From Candidatus Bathyarchaeota archaeon (GTDB lineage: Archaea; Thermoproteota; Bathyarchaeia; Bathyarchaeales; Bathycorpusculaceae): a stretch of 64,000 bases of DNA. The stretch lies in assembly GCA_963782525.1 (NCBI GenBank), contig CAWAKC010000009.1, forward strand, positions 1-64,000, written 5' to 3'. Below, one piece after another: positions 21,459-32,550 of this stretch. Positions within the stretch are counted from its first letter, which is position 1; every line of letters begins with the position of its first letter. The notes under the pieces are model-generated. The model was not told where the DNA came from and searched no databases. It was given only the letters and a program-made list of their open reading frames with translations. The position numbers and the translations under genes were made by a program.

Positions 21459-22072
21459 GGTAGAACCTCAGGAGGCAGATTTTTGTTGACAAATTCTTCA
21501 ATGTTGCCTGAAAGAAGGAGAGGCATATTTTCTTTTATACGCTGAATCGTCCAGTCCCACCATTTAATTCTGAACAGTTTAACTATTGTCGCCTCGTCAA
21601 ATCTCATTCTCACTAATCTAGCAGGGTTACCTGCGGCTATTGCATAAGGAGGTACGTCTTTTGTAACTACACTGGAGGCGCCGATAACTGCGCCATCTCC
21701 GATTTTAACACCGGACATTATCATCGCCTTCATTCCTATCCAAACATCGTTTCCTATGACAACATCACCCTTCGTTGCTGGGTGCCCCCTAAAATGCTGA
21801 AAATCTTTAAAACAAGCATTAAATGGATATGTTGTAACCCAATCGACATGATGTTCGCCACCAAGAAGAATAACCACATCTTCGGCAATTGCGCAAAATT
21901 TTCCTATTTTGAGTGTTGATGGTTCTCCCCACCTTAATATTATTGGGTCTCCATAAGAAAACTGGCCAATTTTGTACTTAGAATATTTTGAATTTCTGTT
22001 CATGAACTTATTTTTCTTTATACCTAAAGTCTTGAACAAATACTCGTCAATCAATACAAAAAGATTTTGCAT
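21455..22072 (-). CDS. CatB/XAT-like hexapeptide O-acetyltransferase
   Basis: IGKFCAIA, TTYPF, IGNDVWIG, GNPAR, WWDW. Confidence 0.85.
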   Translation of the reverse strand: MQNLFVLIDEYLFKTLGIKKNKFMNRNSKYSKYKIGQFSYGDPIILRWGEPSTLKIGKFCAIAEDVVILLGGEHHVDWVTTYPFNACFKDFQHFRGHPATKGDVVIGNDVWIGMKAMIMSGVKIGDGAVIGASSVVTKDVPPYAIAAGNPARLVRMRFDEATIVKLFRIKWWDWTIQRIKENMPLLLSGNIEEFVNKNLPPEVLP

Positions 22073-22173
22073 ATTACTTCCTTCTTAAAATGGTTAACTC
22101 TCTGACTTGATTACAAAACCGAATGTCCATACGAGGGCACACAAAATAAAAGGTTGAATTACGTATCACGTTG

Positions 22174-23160
22174 TTAATTAACAAAAGATTTGAGGTTCTC
22201 GGTTAGCGAGGGGGGAAAAATATGTTCAAGCATTCCCACCAACTCGTCATCAGCAACTCTCCTAGAAGATTGTATGAAATATCTTCTTTTCATTATCAGT
22301 TTAAGATGACAAACGACCCAAAAAGCTGACTTTGCCTGAATATATCCTCTAACGGGATTGCGTAGAATATTGAAAAATGGGATGGGCGCAAATCTCAGCA
22401 GGTATTTTGGAACATTTTTTGTCTCAAAGTTTTGGATAACCATAACTAAGTCGTTTTTGAACCCATGATACTCAAACATCAGATTTACTTGCTGCCCTTT
22501 GCGCAACGTGCCTCTATTATGATAAATTTCGGCGCTCGGAACCGTTTTATTCGAATACCCAAGTAACCACAATCGCCAACCAAAGTCCATATCATGCTTT
22601 TCAACGAAAAAATCGTTATAGAAACCACCAGCCTCCTGAAAAGTTTTAATTCTCGTAACTAAACATGCGCCTATGCAGTAAAGAATTTTGCGGCTATTCC
22701 TGTAAAGAGTTGCGTCCATACCGCGTATTGCGCCGCTTTCATTTATGTCATAGCTGTCAATAAACCGCTTGTCGTTAGCATTAATGACCTTCGGCTGAAC
22801 AGAACCAACAGTTGGATTTAATTCGAGATTATACACTAATTCTTCTATGACTGAAGGCGTCATTTCAATATCGTGGTCAATAATACAAAGAAATTCTCCT
22901 GAGGATTCTTGGATCGCCAAATTCGCAGCTGAACAAAAGCCAATATTTTCATCCAATCTAAACAATCTTAGGGTCAACTTCTTATTGAGTTCAGGCAAAA
23001 TTTCGTCTATTATCCGAAGAGAAACATCATTTGATTTATTGTCTACGATTAGCAGTTCTAAGTCTTTACAGTCAAGGCATAAAATGCTTTTCAGAAGAGG
23101 CTCAAGAGTCCTCGCACTATTAAAAGTTACAAGAATGATAGATACCCTGTTTTTTATCAT
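22174..23160 (-). CDS. Glycosyltransferase family 2
   Basis: VSIILVTFN, VDNKSND, ENIGFC, DHD, DFGWR. Confidence 0.85.
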   Translation of the reverse strand: MIKNRVSIILVTFNSARTLEPLLKSILCLDCKDLELLIVDNKSNDVSLRIIDEILPELNKKLTLRLFRLDENIGFCSAANLAIQESSGEFLCIIDHDIEMTPSVIEELVYNLELNPTVGSVQPKVINANDKRFIDSYDINESGAIRGMDATLYRNSRKILYCIGACLVTRIKTFQEAGGFYNDFFVEKHDMDFGWRLWLLGYSNKTVPSAEIYHNRGTLRKGQQVNLMFEYHGFKNDLVMVIQNFETKNVPKYLLRFAPIPFFNILRNPVRGYIQAKSAFWVVCHLKLIMKRRYFIQSSRRVADDELVGMLEHIFPPSLTENLKSFVN

Positions 23161-23420
23161 TTAAAGATCCCCACAGCTAAAGGTTCATTCATGTTGCCTT
23201 ATTTCAAGCCTCAAGTATTCGCTAAGACCCACCGAGTAATTTTTACACAATGTGCAACCTTCTACTCTTTTTATCCAGGATTCCATTTTTTGACTAATCT
23301 AACATCTTTAGGGGTGTAAACAATTCGTTCTATTCCTCGAACAGAAAAGAGTAGCTATTCTGCGAATAAACATATTTTATCGGAGAGACGAACATGCATT
23401 CCCACACCAAAATCATGCAG

Positions 23421-24074
23421 CTAACGAAACAGAGCACCAGTCTGCAACAAATAGTCAATCTCATTTGAACGCTTGCCAATAACTTTTGCAGGCACCCCCC
23501 CAACAATTGCAAATGGGGGCACATCTTTTGTAACTACACTTCCCGCCGCAACTATCGCGCCTTCACCAACTGTTACACCTTGTAGAATCATTGCGCGAGT
23601 ACATATCCAAACATCATCCTTGATTATAATAGGCTCAAAATGCGGTTTGAAGGTTACGAAATCATGTGAACCACACTCTAGAATTGTGTAACTTGATATG
23701 TCCACGTTGTTCCCGATTGTAAGTGCCCCTCTGCCATCAAGCCTACAGTTCGAGCCAATAATACAGTGTTCCCCAATAATGATTTTATCCAACTGCCGGA
23801 GTTCACACTTTCTAAAAATACGGGAGCTTTTACCTATTTTCATACCCATCCGTCTATAAAAAAATAACCTAACATTGTGGGAAGGTATCCATTGTATGAC
23901 CTCATTTATGATAATGAGATTCCAGTAAAGAAACAGCGCTTCGTGGACAAGCCTGAGAATCCACGAGATTTTTTGCATATCTGCTTTCGTTCCTGAACTT
24001 CCGTCATTGTGTATTATTGCTAAAGCCATATCAATCTCTGTAAAACAATATAGGAAGCAACTGCACCCATTCAA
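23421..24074 (-). CDS. Left-handed beta-helix acyltransferase
   Basis: Hexapeptide repeats; DDVWIC, AAGSVVTKDVPP, GGVPAK. Confidence 0.85.
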   Translation of the reverse strand: MNGCSCFLYCFTEIDMALAIIHNDGSSGTKADMQKISWILRLVHEALFLYWNLIIINEVIQWIPSHNVRLFFYRRMGMKIGKSSRIFRKCELRQLDKIIIGEHCIIGSNCRLDGRGALTIGNNVDISSYTILECGSHDFVTFKPHFEPIIIKDDVWICTRAMILQGVTVGEGAIVAAGSVVTKDVPPFAIVGGVPAKVIGKRSNEIDYLLQTGALFR

Positions 24075-24098
24075 ACAGCTGGCTTAACATAAACCCAT

Positions 24099-25160
24099 TC
24101 AAATATACATCGTTTTTTCTTGGATTTCCTGAATACTTTTGCACATTTGCTCAAGGATTCTTATTACTTCTGATGCATCCTCTACAGTAACTGGAGGGTC
24201 GGTATGGTTTAAGTAGCAGTCAGCAAAAAGACTTATGTATTTTTGATGCCCGCTCAACCATTTTCCTGACGCTGTAGCTCCAAGGTTCTTAGTTGCAGAT
24301 TTGGTTAGTTGTGAAGCTTGCCTTATTGAATCATAACCTTTATTGAACCTGCTTGTAACTCGCCTAGGCAAGAAAGTCACTGTAGAGTTAATTACGTCTA
24401 GTTTAAGGATTGCGCGCCTGCCATATAGACTTATGAATATTGCGTCGCGCGAAGAATTGAAGGAGGCATAAACTCGACCTAATTTCTGTCCAGATTTAAA
24501 GAAAGCACAGAGCTCATCTGACCTCATCCAAGGATAGGGTCCCAATTTAGTAACTTGAATATCAACGGGAATAATGTCTCTGCCAATGAAATGTCTGACT
24601 AAATAAATTGGATGAACTAGCATCTCGCTGAATCTACCACCAGTCAAAGTATGGGACCAATGGCGTTCGTTTGCTGCCATAGAATCGGATGGAGGCGCAA
24701 GAGCTTCAACTTCAATGCTCATTATTTCACCTAAAGCGCCTTTTTCAACAAGCGCCTTTGCATCTAAAACAGAACGATCAAACAGCCAATTATGGATAAC
24801 TCCAACAGTCTTACCTGTGGCCTTCTTGCATTGCAAAATAGCATCTGCGTCTTTAGTTGTAATAGTCATTGGTTTTTCGATAAGAACATCTGCATCAGCC
24901 TTCATTGCTTCCACTGCTAGGGTAGCGTGAACTTGCGGAGGGGTGCAGATATCTATTACATCTACTTTTTCATGGCTGAGAAGTTGTGTCAGTGAAGGAT
25001 AGAATGAGGGAATCTTCCAGGTCTCAGCAGTGCGTTTAGCAACAGATTCATTTACATCAGCAACAGCAACGATTTGCGAACCCTGAACTTTTCTCCATCC
25101 GCTCAAATGTCCATCCGCTACCGGTCCACAGCCCACAATTCCTACTTTTATTTTAGTCAT
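24099..25160 (-). CDS. Gfo/Idh/MocA oxidoreductase
   Basis: GIVGCG, ICTPPQVH, EKPM. Confidence 0.85.
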   Translation of the reverse strand: MTKIKVGIVGCGPVADGHLSGWRKVQGSQIVAVADVNESVAKRTAETWKIPSFYPSLTQLLSHEKVDVIDICTPPQVHATLAVEAMKADADVLIEKPMTITTKDADAILQCKKATGKTVGVIHNWLFDRSVLDAKALVEKGALGEIMSIEVEALAPPSDSMAANERHWSHTLTGGRFSEMLVHPIYLVRHFIGRDIIPVDIQVTKLGPYPWMRSDELCAFFKSGQKLGRVYASFNSSRDAIFISLYGRRAILKLDVINSTVTFLPRRVTSRFNKGYDSIRQASQLTKSATKNLGATASGKWLSGHQKYISLFADCYLNHTDPPVTVEDASEVIRILEQMCKSIQEIQEKTMYI

Positions 25161-25250
25161 CTCAGATTTCTTCTTGGTTTTTTTATTTGTTTTATAAGAT
25201 TGCCCAAAATTTTCTTACAAAAGCTCCTTTGGACAGTTTACAGGAGAAAA

Positions 25251-26459
25251 CTAATTTGAGCCTTCAATCGTTTCAATAAGGTCAATAAAGTGATTCAGCG
25301 AATCTGCATTTGAAAAGCGTTGTCGGAATACAGCCGTATTCTTAAAGCCCAATTCGAGTATTGTTTCGTTATCAATGCATGTTTGAAGCTCAAGGGCTTG
25401 TTTTAGTTCTTCAGTATTACCTGCTTCAAGCAATTTAACTCCTTTGCATCCAGAAACTTGCTCGGGAATTCCTCCGATACTTGAGGCAATGATGTATCTT
25501 CCGCTGAGCAGGGCTTCAACGATAGCATATGGCCACGGTTCAGGCCAAAGCGAGGGAACAAGGACAGTACTTATTTTTTTGTATAGAACGTTATATGTTT
25601 GTTTATCTAGTTTTCCATTGAGAATAAAGCCTGCTTTTTCTAGATAAGCATGTTCCCTTACATTTTTTGGAATTTTTGTTGTTTGAATATTGATGGTGGC
25701 TTCTGCGTTAGTGTTTACTGATGCAACAGCTTTTAGCAACGTTCGGAAGCCTTTGAACTTATCCGATCCACCAAAATAGCCAAAATCTTTCCCTTCAATA
25801 GTACTGTCTTCTGGTTCAACATAGGGATTAAAGATAACGGATGTTTTAGGTAGGAGACGCGGGGCATTTTGAGTTATGATGTCTTTTTGAGCCTTAGAAA
25901 CACAAACAACGGCGTCGCTTAATTCTATCAATTTTGGAAAGATATTTCCGAGGGTTAAATTTGAGATAGTTGAAACAAGAGTTCGCCTTAAGCTGCCTTC
26001 TTGCTCAAAAGCGTAAATGCAGTTGAGGCAAGACAGCTTATCACAAGGTTTTGTTTCTGTTTTGCGGTATACGTTTGACAGGGGACAAATCGGGATATAG
26101 TCATGTAAATGAACTATAACGGGTTTTTTGTGCATCTTGGCGAAGGGTATTGCCAAAAACCAAAATCTGGGAACATACACTACATCCGCCCAATCTATAA
26201 GTTCAGTAAGAAGCTTAGAAAATAAAACATCTGACCTTTTTAGCATCGAGTACTTGGGAGATTGGTTAGGTCCAAATAGTGGCAGATAATGTACGGTAAC
26301 ATTTTTTTCTTTAACCACCTTACGAGTTTCTGAAAAACTGTTTGTGACAACCGCAACATCAAAACCCTTCTGTCCTAAGAGTTCGGCATACAAAGAAGTT
26401 GCAACTTCAGCCCCGCTTCCAAATGGATAGTACTGCTCGCTAAGGAAAAGAACGTTCAA
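25251..26459 (-). CDS. Glycosyltransferase family 4
   Basis: HLHDY, KG, PSLWPEPWPYAIVEAL, GGIPE. Confidence 0.85.
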   Translation of the reverse strand: MNVLFLSEQYYPFGSGAEVATSLYAELLGQKGFDVAVVTNSFSETRKVVKEKNVTVHYLPLFGPNQSPKYSMLKRSDVLFSKLLTELIDWADVVYVPRFWFLAIPFAKMHKKPVIVHLHDYIPICPLSNVYRKTETKPCDKLSCLNCIYAFEQEGSLRRTLVSTISNLTLGNIFPKLIELSDAVVCVSKAQKDIITQNAPRLLPKTSVIFNPYVEPEDSTIEGKDFGYFGGSDKFKGFRTLLKAVASVNTNAEATINIQTTKIPKNVREHAYLEKAGFILNGKLDKQTYNVLYKKISTVLVPSLWPEPWPYAIVEALLSGRYIIASSIGGIPEQVSGCKGVKLLEAGNTEELKQALELQTCIDNETILELGFKNTAVFRQRFSNADSLNHFIDLIETIEGSN

Positions 26460-26507
26460 AGATTATCAGCTCCAAACATGAAAGCAAATTCTTGCTAAGT
26501 TATTGGT

Positions 26508-27341
26508 TTAATTCAATAGGTAGCCTGCTTCATAGGCTATTCCTTTTAAAATGAGAAGCAGGTAGCTTTGGAAAACAAGTTTAGGCTTTCCCGAAGAAAG
26601 AGACCCCTTCCTGAAACCCTGCCTCTTTGTTACAAACTTCGCATATGTACATTGCGTCTTAAACAATCTGGCTGAGACTCCATATCGGTAGTTGTGCCTG
26701 AAAAACTCGCCAAAGCCTTTTACATCCATGTGTGAAAGAGCCTCCGGCACAAAACCCACATGTGTACTTAGTTTATACAGTTCATAGTAGGTCACAGCGT
26801 CCTCAAAAATAACTACGTCACGAATTACATTTTTATCCATTTTTTTAAAAGCATTCAAATATAATTCCTTTTTGAAAAATCTGGGCAGAAGATTCCCATT
26901 CGAAGGATCAAGTTGAACGTCTATAAGGCTATTCATAAGCTTTCGGTCAGCATCAGCAAGATGCTCCAGCCAAGTTGTAGGCATATAGCTTGATTCTGCC
27001 AATATCAACATATCATAGCTACTAAAAAGCGACAGTACCTCTTTTATAAGATCCTTACGCTTCAACACTTGATCAGAATCAAGCGCCAATACATATTTAC
27101 CATTACAGTTTTCGGCACCAAGATACCGAGCCCCCAGTAATTTCCAGTGAGTTTGAATTATACGACAATTATAGGCCATCGCAATAGCTATTGTGTTATC
27201 TCTTGAGTAGCTATCAACCACAATTATCTCAATATCTTTGAATGACTGCTGCCAGACCGATTCTATACATGCTTTAAGAGTCTTGCCTGAATTAAACGTC
27301 GGTATAACCACTGAAACAAGAGGGATGCAAGACTTTTTCAT
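26508..27341 (-). CDS. Glycosyltransferase family 2
   Basis: VSVVIPTFN, VVDSYSRD, LDSD. Confidence 0.85.
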   Translation of the reverse strand: MKKSCIPLVSVVIPTFNSGKTLKACIESVWQQSFKDIEIIVVDSYSRDNTIAIAMAYNCRIIQTHWKLLGARYLGAENCNGKYVLALDSDQVLKRKDLIKEVLSLFSSYDMLILAESSYMPTTWLEHLADADRKLMNSLIDVQLDPSNGNLLPRFFKKELYLNAFKKMDKNVIRDVVIFEDAVTYYELYKLSTHVGFVPEALSHMDVKGFGEFFRHNYRYGVSARLFKTQCTYAKFVTKRQGFRKGSLSSGKPKLVFQSYLLLILKGIAYEAGYLLN

Positions 27342-27410
27342 TCGTGTTAGTCCTCAACGAACAATTTCAAGTTCTACTTCACAGGATCAAAAAAAGCTAC
27401 CGCCGACGGT

Positions 27411-28523
27411 TTAGCAGGCTGACAGAGCCTTTCTGGAACCTATGATATCTTTGGAATCATTGTATAAAACGTCTAATTTAGCGGCAACATCAGCCCAAGT
27501 AAGAACAAAGTGATCACTAAAAGCAGAAGGATTGAAATTACCGTTTAAAACATCATTAATTTGAAGAGACAGCTTCTCGTAATCAACTGGAAAATCAACG
27601 CCAAAGCAGACCTTGTTGTCAACCCAGTCAGATAGAGCTGATTCGTTAGATAACAAACAGGGAACTCTAAAACTTAGGGCTTCAGCGACGCATATTCCGT
27701 AAGCTTCACGCGTTGAAAGGAGCGCGAAAAGACTGGCTTGAGCATATTGGTTGTACAATTCGCTTTGGGACAGATTCTCAAAAAAGCTAACGCGACCCAC
27801 TACACCCTTTTTTGAAGCCAGTTTAACTAGAACGTCTTTATATGGACCCTTGCCAACAACTACTAAAACAACGTTTTCTTTTAGTTCAGGCAGGATCTCG
27901 ATGATGTGCTGAATGCCCTTATACTGCTCAAGTCTACACACACAGAGAATCCTTTTCAAGTCGTCCCTGGGCTTAGTCGGATGCTGATTGCATAAATTGA
28001 CACCGTTAGGTATAACTACACTTTTTGAAGAGTCAAGCTTGAAATCTTGAAGAACCAACTTCTGCTCGTACTTTGAAACGCTAATTACCTTGTTTGCCTT
28101 TTTGAAAGCTCTTCGCCCAAGAATTTTGTAGGGCAAATAGAGAGTAGAATTAAACTTGGAGATGCCTGATCCGTGATAATGAAGGGTCAGAAATAAATTC
28201 TTGGCTTTATTTGATTTGCAAGCGTATAAAGCTGGAATAAGCCCATGCGCATGGACGACATCAAAATTTCCAGAGTTTTCTGAAAGATACTTTGTAAGTC
28301 TTTTTGAAAAGCGGAAACCAGCCAAATCTACCGCTTTAAATCTTTTTATCAAGACACCGTTAATTACTTCCTCTTCAGGCAAGTGGCTGGAAGAATCCAT
28401 GGTTAAAACTGTTACCTCATGGTTGAGTGCGCTCAAGTGCTCGGAGATTTCGCTAATGTGTGTTTCCATTCCGCCCATGTCGGGCAAATAACGGGAAGCA
28501 ACTTGTGCAATCTTCATGGTCAT
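27411..28523 (-). CDS. Glycosyltransferase family 4
   Basis: GGME, VIPNGV, RLEQYKG, EAYGICVAEAL. Confidence 0.85.
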   Translation of the reverse strand: MTMKIAQVASRYLPDMGGMETHISEISEHLSALNHEVTVLTMDSSSHLPEEEVINGVLIKRFKAVDLAGFRFSKRLTKYLSENSGNFDVVHAHGLIPALYACKSNKAKNLFLTLHYHGSGISKFNSTLYLPYKILGRRAFKKANKVISVSKYEQKLVLQDFKLDSSKSVVIPNGVNLCNQHPTKPRDDLKRILCVCRLEQYKGIQHIIEILPELKENVVLVVVGKGPYKDVLVKLASKKGVVGRVSFFENLSQSELYNQYAQASLFALLSTREAYGICVAEALSFRVPCLLSNESALSDWVDNKVCFGVDFPVDYEKLSLQINDVLNGNFNPSAFSDHFVLTWADVAAKLDVLYNDSKDIIGSRKALSAC

Positions 28524-29644
28524 AAACCAGCTTTCTTATTTGAAAGTGTGTCACTATAGATTGTGTCAATACTTTTGGCCACAGTCCTCCAATCGTGGAA
28601 AAGCTGAACATAAGCCCTTGCCTTTGAACCAAGATCATATGGACTTTTTCGAAGCGTTTGAATAGCTTCAGCTAATGCCAATGGGTCCCTGATCGGGACA
28701 ATAATACCACATTTACTTTTCTTAATTAACTCTACGGCGCCGGGGATTATGTTGGTAGCAATAATCGGCTTACCGGTCGCCATAGCCTCAAGCAGTATTA
28801 ACCCGAAGGATTCAAGGCGAGTAATTGATGGCAGAACGATGACCTGAGCACTTCGATAGTAATCATGAAGCGCATCCTTAGAAATGGCACCTGTGAAAAA
28901 CACCCTATCTTTAAGACCCAACTTTTGGTAAAGACTCACCAAAGAATCATAATAATGGCTATCGACTACTTTCCCAATAATTACTAAATTAGTTCGCTCA
29001 TCCAAGTATTTCAGCGCTTTTATTAAATAATGGATACCTTTCTCTGGGATTATCCTTCCGACAAAAACAATCTCATGAGGACAATCAAAAGAGGGAATGA
29101 ATTGTTTAGTATCGATCCCCATGGAAGCTATTGTTATCTTATCTTGATGCTTAAGCAACAATTGTGAACCTTCACAAAAGGCTTTGGAGGATACTAAAAT
29201 TCTATCAACATTATTTAGAATCATATCCATAACGCCCCAATTGTAGATAGGTGCCATCAATCGACCGCTCAACGATTCAAGGGCAATATCAAAATGATAA
29301 GTGGCAACCATTATGCCTGAATGCCGTCGTCTTAGGCGGGAATTTAAAAGAACAAATAGATCACCGGTTATTGGAAAAGGCAAGTGTATATGGAAAACAT
29401 CAAAGGATTCTTTTGAAGAGCTCAAAATCTTAAGTGGTAAGCTGAATGAAACTGGGTTTCTAAGAATTGTTAGCAATGGCTTCTTATTTATGAGCTTACC
29501 GGCGCAATCTTCCATTCGTATTCCAGAAGTAAAAATAGTTACTGAGTGCCCTAAACGCATTTGAGCTTCAGCTAAGCCGGTCGCGTACTCTTGTGTACCA
29601 CCATGATATGGATAGGAAAGTATGTGAGCGATTTTTAGTGGCAT
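28520..29644 (-). CDS. Glycosyltransferase family 4
   Basis: FVGRIIPEKG, ESFGLILLEAMATGKP. Confidence 0.85.
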   Translation of the reverse strand: MPLKIAHILSYPYHGGTQEYATGLAEAQMRLGHSVTIFTSGIRMEDCAGKLINKKPLLTILRNPVSFSLPLKILSSSKESFDVFHIHLPFPITGDLFVLLNSRLRRRHSGIMVATYHFDIALESLSGRLMAPIYNWGVMDMILNNVDRILVSSKAFCEGSQLLLKHQDKITIASMGIDTKQFIPSFDCPHEIVFVGRIIPEKGIHYLIKALKYLDERTNLVIIGKVVDSHYYDSLVSLYQKLGLKDRVFFTGAISKDALHDYYRSAQVIVLPSITRLESFGLILLEAMATGKPIIATNIIPGAVELIKKSKCGIIVPIRDPLALAEAIQTLRKSPYDLGSKARAYVQLFHDWRTVAKSIDTIYSDTLSNKKAGL

Positions 29645-29749
29645 AAAAGAATCCTCAAAATCAAAATGTTATATCTGATCGGGTTAAGTAGACTTAGTCA
29701 ACTGAGCTCAAACTAACAACACGCACAATGAAATGGTTCTTAGAAGTGT

Positions 29750-30075
29750 TCAAGAACTCTTTGAAAGATGAAGATCAAGGGAAACAAAGCGATTGTCAAA
29801 GTTGGTTGAGCCCTGTGATGGGTTATAAATCCATAATTCAAAGAAAAGCTGATAATCAAATGCACCATTTATGCCCAAACTTGAAGGCTTGTTCAAGCCA
29901 AACTCACGGCTATTAACAGTTAGAGTTTGGACAAGAGACTGATTACCGCTGAAGGTGGCAGCTATTATTGAAAAATTAAACAGGCCCTCCCAATTTAGTT
30001 GTCTCAACATAGATTGTATAATTCTGGCCAACAGCGATGTTGGATGGGTAGTTCTCAGCCATTTTGTTTGGGCAG
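29750..30075 (-). pseudogene. Internally deleted paralog of the DUF1616-like gene at 48743-49342
   Basis: PNKMAENYPSNIAVGQNY fused out of frame to NWEGLFNFS...YQLFFELWIYN...RFVSL. Confidence 0.65.
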
Positions 30076-30221
30076 TCGCAGATAGATGCTTAAAAGCAAT
30101 ATGCTAAGAATCAGCACGGCAAGTAAAGATATATGGGACAGTTTACAGCGGGCAATCAGTTGTTTCTCCACTGTTTTCAGGTTTTATGCCTTCAAAACTA
30201 ATTCAGAGCCAGCACTATCAA

Positions 30222-30262
30222 ATCCCTTCCTGACGGAAATGGACATGGACAGTAAACTCTAA
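30222..30262 (-). repeat. Motif upstream of both glycosylation operons (second copy 51480-51522)
   Basis: atcccttcctgac.gaa...gaca....agtaaa(g)ctctaa in both places. Confidence 0.45.
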
Positions 30263-30484
30263 AGTAGATACATTCCTTGCCCTTTCGTCTCCCCTAACGA
30301 CTGCTATTTTCAATTGATAATTCTTTTAAGCCTTTTGCAAGAATACGATAATTATCAATATTAAACAAATTACAATGATATCAAACATCTCAGTTCCGAC
30401 ACGACATATGAATCACAATAATTCATAGACCAAACAATAGAAAAAAGATACTCGCTCTTCTCAATTCAAAAGTCGTAATCTGTA

Positions 30485-30558
30485 ATGCGAAGTTAACTTT
30501 AGGTATACGCCAACCCCAGAATAATGGAGAATGATGACGGCACAACTACTTTCTAATA
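30485..30558 (+). repeat. Repeat Y copy 6
   Basis: atgcgaagttaactttaggtatacgccaaccccagaataatggagaatgatgacggcacaactactttctaa. Confidence 0.9.
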
Positions 30559-30614
30559 ACTTGTTGACATGCTGCGGCAGAGGGAGTGCTTTTGAGTTGT
30601 TTTTGATGAGTTGG

Positions 30615-30745
30615 TAGATGCAACAGTCGATTTGCAAAACTCAATTGTTGCAGCAGCAGCTGCATCTTCTCTTAATCTATTTTTGTGTCAATAGTAGTTG
30701 TTGCAACCCGTCTGCCGAAGGCAATTGCAACAACAACAACTTCTA
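30615..30745 (+). repeat. Paired palindromic elements A (30615-30672) and B (30692-30745)
   Basis: agatgca...tgcatct and gttgttgcaa...ttgcaacaac stems; homologs at 52681-52865. Confidence 0.75.
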
Positions 30746-30833
30746 CGGACATTGCAGATTTGAGTGCGGAACTGAAAAGTCATCAGAAATGCTAAGCTAC
30801 AACCACTAAAAGAACGCAAAACACCTACATACC

Positions 30834-30887
30834 CAAACTTAGGTGAACACCTATAACCTTAACCAGGAGAATGATGACAGTGCAAAT
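30834..30887 (+). repeat. Repeat Y copy 7 (degenerate)
   Basis: caaacttaggtgaacacc...ggagaatgatgacagtgcaa. Confidence 0.6.
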
Positions 30888-30957
30888 CTGGTTTTGTGGG
30901 TATAAGATTCTAATCTGAATTCAGATTTCACAAAGGCTATATTAAGAAACAAGTTAG

Positions 30958-32124
30958 CTGTGTAGTGTTGGGGAACCACAAATACTAGAACACAAGCAAT
31001 TCAAAGAAACAATTGATAACCTAGATGATTCCCCTTCCTTCAAAAACAAGATAACTGTCAAAGTAATCACAACAGTTGATGATATTGGCAAAGATGCCAT
31101 TGACTCTATTTCGCAAGATGGTTTTTTCACTTACGGATACTTTAAAACATTCGAGATACTCAAATCTTGCAAAATTGATCTTTTTTACATAGTAGCATAT
31201 ATGAAAGAAAAAGTAGTGGGTTTCACACCCTGTTTTTTTGATTCACTCGACAATCACTTAGTCTTCAGAGCAAACAAAAAAATTTTCAGTCTCTGCAGTG
31301 GCCTGCGTTTACTCCAAAATCGCATACTAATATGCAGTTCACCGTTTTCCTTCCATAGTCAAATACTAATCAAACAAGGGGTACCACAAAAGACCATTGT
31401 GGATACGATGCTTCAGAAAATCGACGAAATATGCCAAAAAGAAGGCATCAAATTTAGTCTTTTCCCATTCGTTTCAGAGTTCGAAAAACCCTTAGTAGAT
31501 AAACTTCAATATTATGACTACGTCAAACTGCATTCAAAAAAAGCTCTATATCTTGATATTAAATGGTCCTGTTTTGAGGATTACTTGAAAAGTTTTAATG
31601 CGAATACCAGACGCAACATTAAAAGAGAGATTGAGAATTTCAAGAAAAACAAAGTAATCATCGAAGAAATACCTGAATTCAAGGAATTCGCAAAGATATT
31701 CTCCGAGTTATATTCAAACCTCTTTTCCAAATACAACAAAGACGTAAATCATGTCTACACAGCTGCATTCTTTTCCAACCTAAATGAATACGCAAAAGAC
31801 AAGACAAAGGTCTTCGTCGCCAAACGAATTGGAAAAATAGTCGGATTCTGCTTATGCCTACGACAAAACGACACAGTTGATTGCTTTATCTGTGGATTCT
31901 AATACGACGATCTGAAGGAAGCAGCTCAAACTTACTTTAATGTATGTTACTACGGACCCATAAGCTGGGCAGCTAAAGAGAAAATAAAGACGATCCATTA
32001 CAGGTTTGCTTCGGAAGAAGCCAAAGTGAGACGCGGATGCCAACCAGAAGAAATATACTGGTTACTCAAATCTCATAACCGACTGATTGCAAAAACATTT
32101 AACCTATATTCTAAAATACATTAA
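30958..32124 (+). pseudogene. FemAB/GNAT-type acyltransferase with an in-frame TAA at 31900
   Basis: FEDYLKS...RRNIKRE, IVGFCL; the frame is open from 30958 and continues GF*YDD...YFNVCYY...EAKVRRGC. Confidence 0.75.
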
Positions 32125-32550
32125 CCGTGGACAAAACTTTGGAAGGACTTAGAGACAATTTAGTAATGGACTTGGATGATGTGTTTTTCTCATTGTTTTT
32201 CTGTGGCTTCACTTTCTCATTATATTGTGTAGGCTAATGTTGTATAAATTAACACCAAAGTGTTTGCAAACTCAGCTTAACAAATTAGCAAAGATGCATA
32301 AAAGTTAGGCTCTGTGGTCCATACAAACAGCTATCAAAGTTAACAAAAACCAAACATCCATTTAACAAAAAAGCTTAAAAATTACCCATGTAATTAAAGT
32401 CAAAATCAGTAGGAATAGAGAAGAGAGAGGAATAATGAAAGCTCACAACTTAAAATTAGAAGACTCCCTAAACCCCAGACCCCCCAATTTGGAGTTCAAA
32501 GCTCAAACTTCAAGCCCAACCCAACCTGGAAATCTGGGAATTGTGTCTAA

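Noticed and set aside
21455-22072. Chloramphenicol/streptogramin resistance gene
   Set aside because: The XAT fold lies inside a glycosylation operon, so glycan O-acetylation is the simpler reading.
30531-30537. ATGATGA in Y as a C/D-box sRNA box C
   Set aside because: Other copies read ATGTTGA, ATAATGA, ATGCTGA or ACGATAA, and there is no conserved CTGA box D.
30618-30809. Gln-rich ORFs here and at 52643-52975
   Set aside because: They are translations of the CAA/CAG palindromes, and the frames are not conserved between the two loci.
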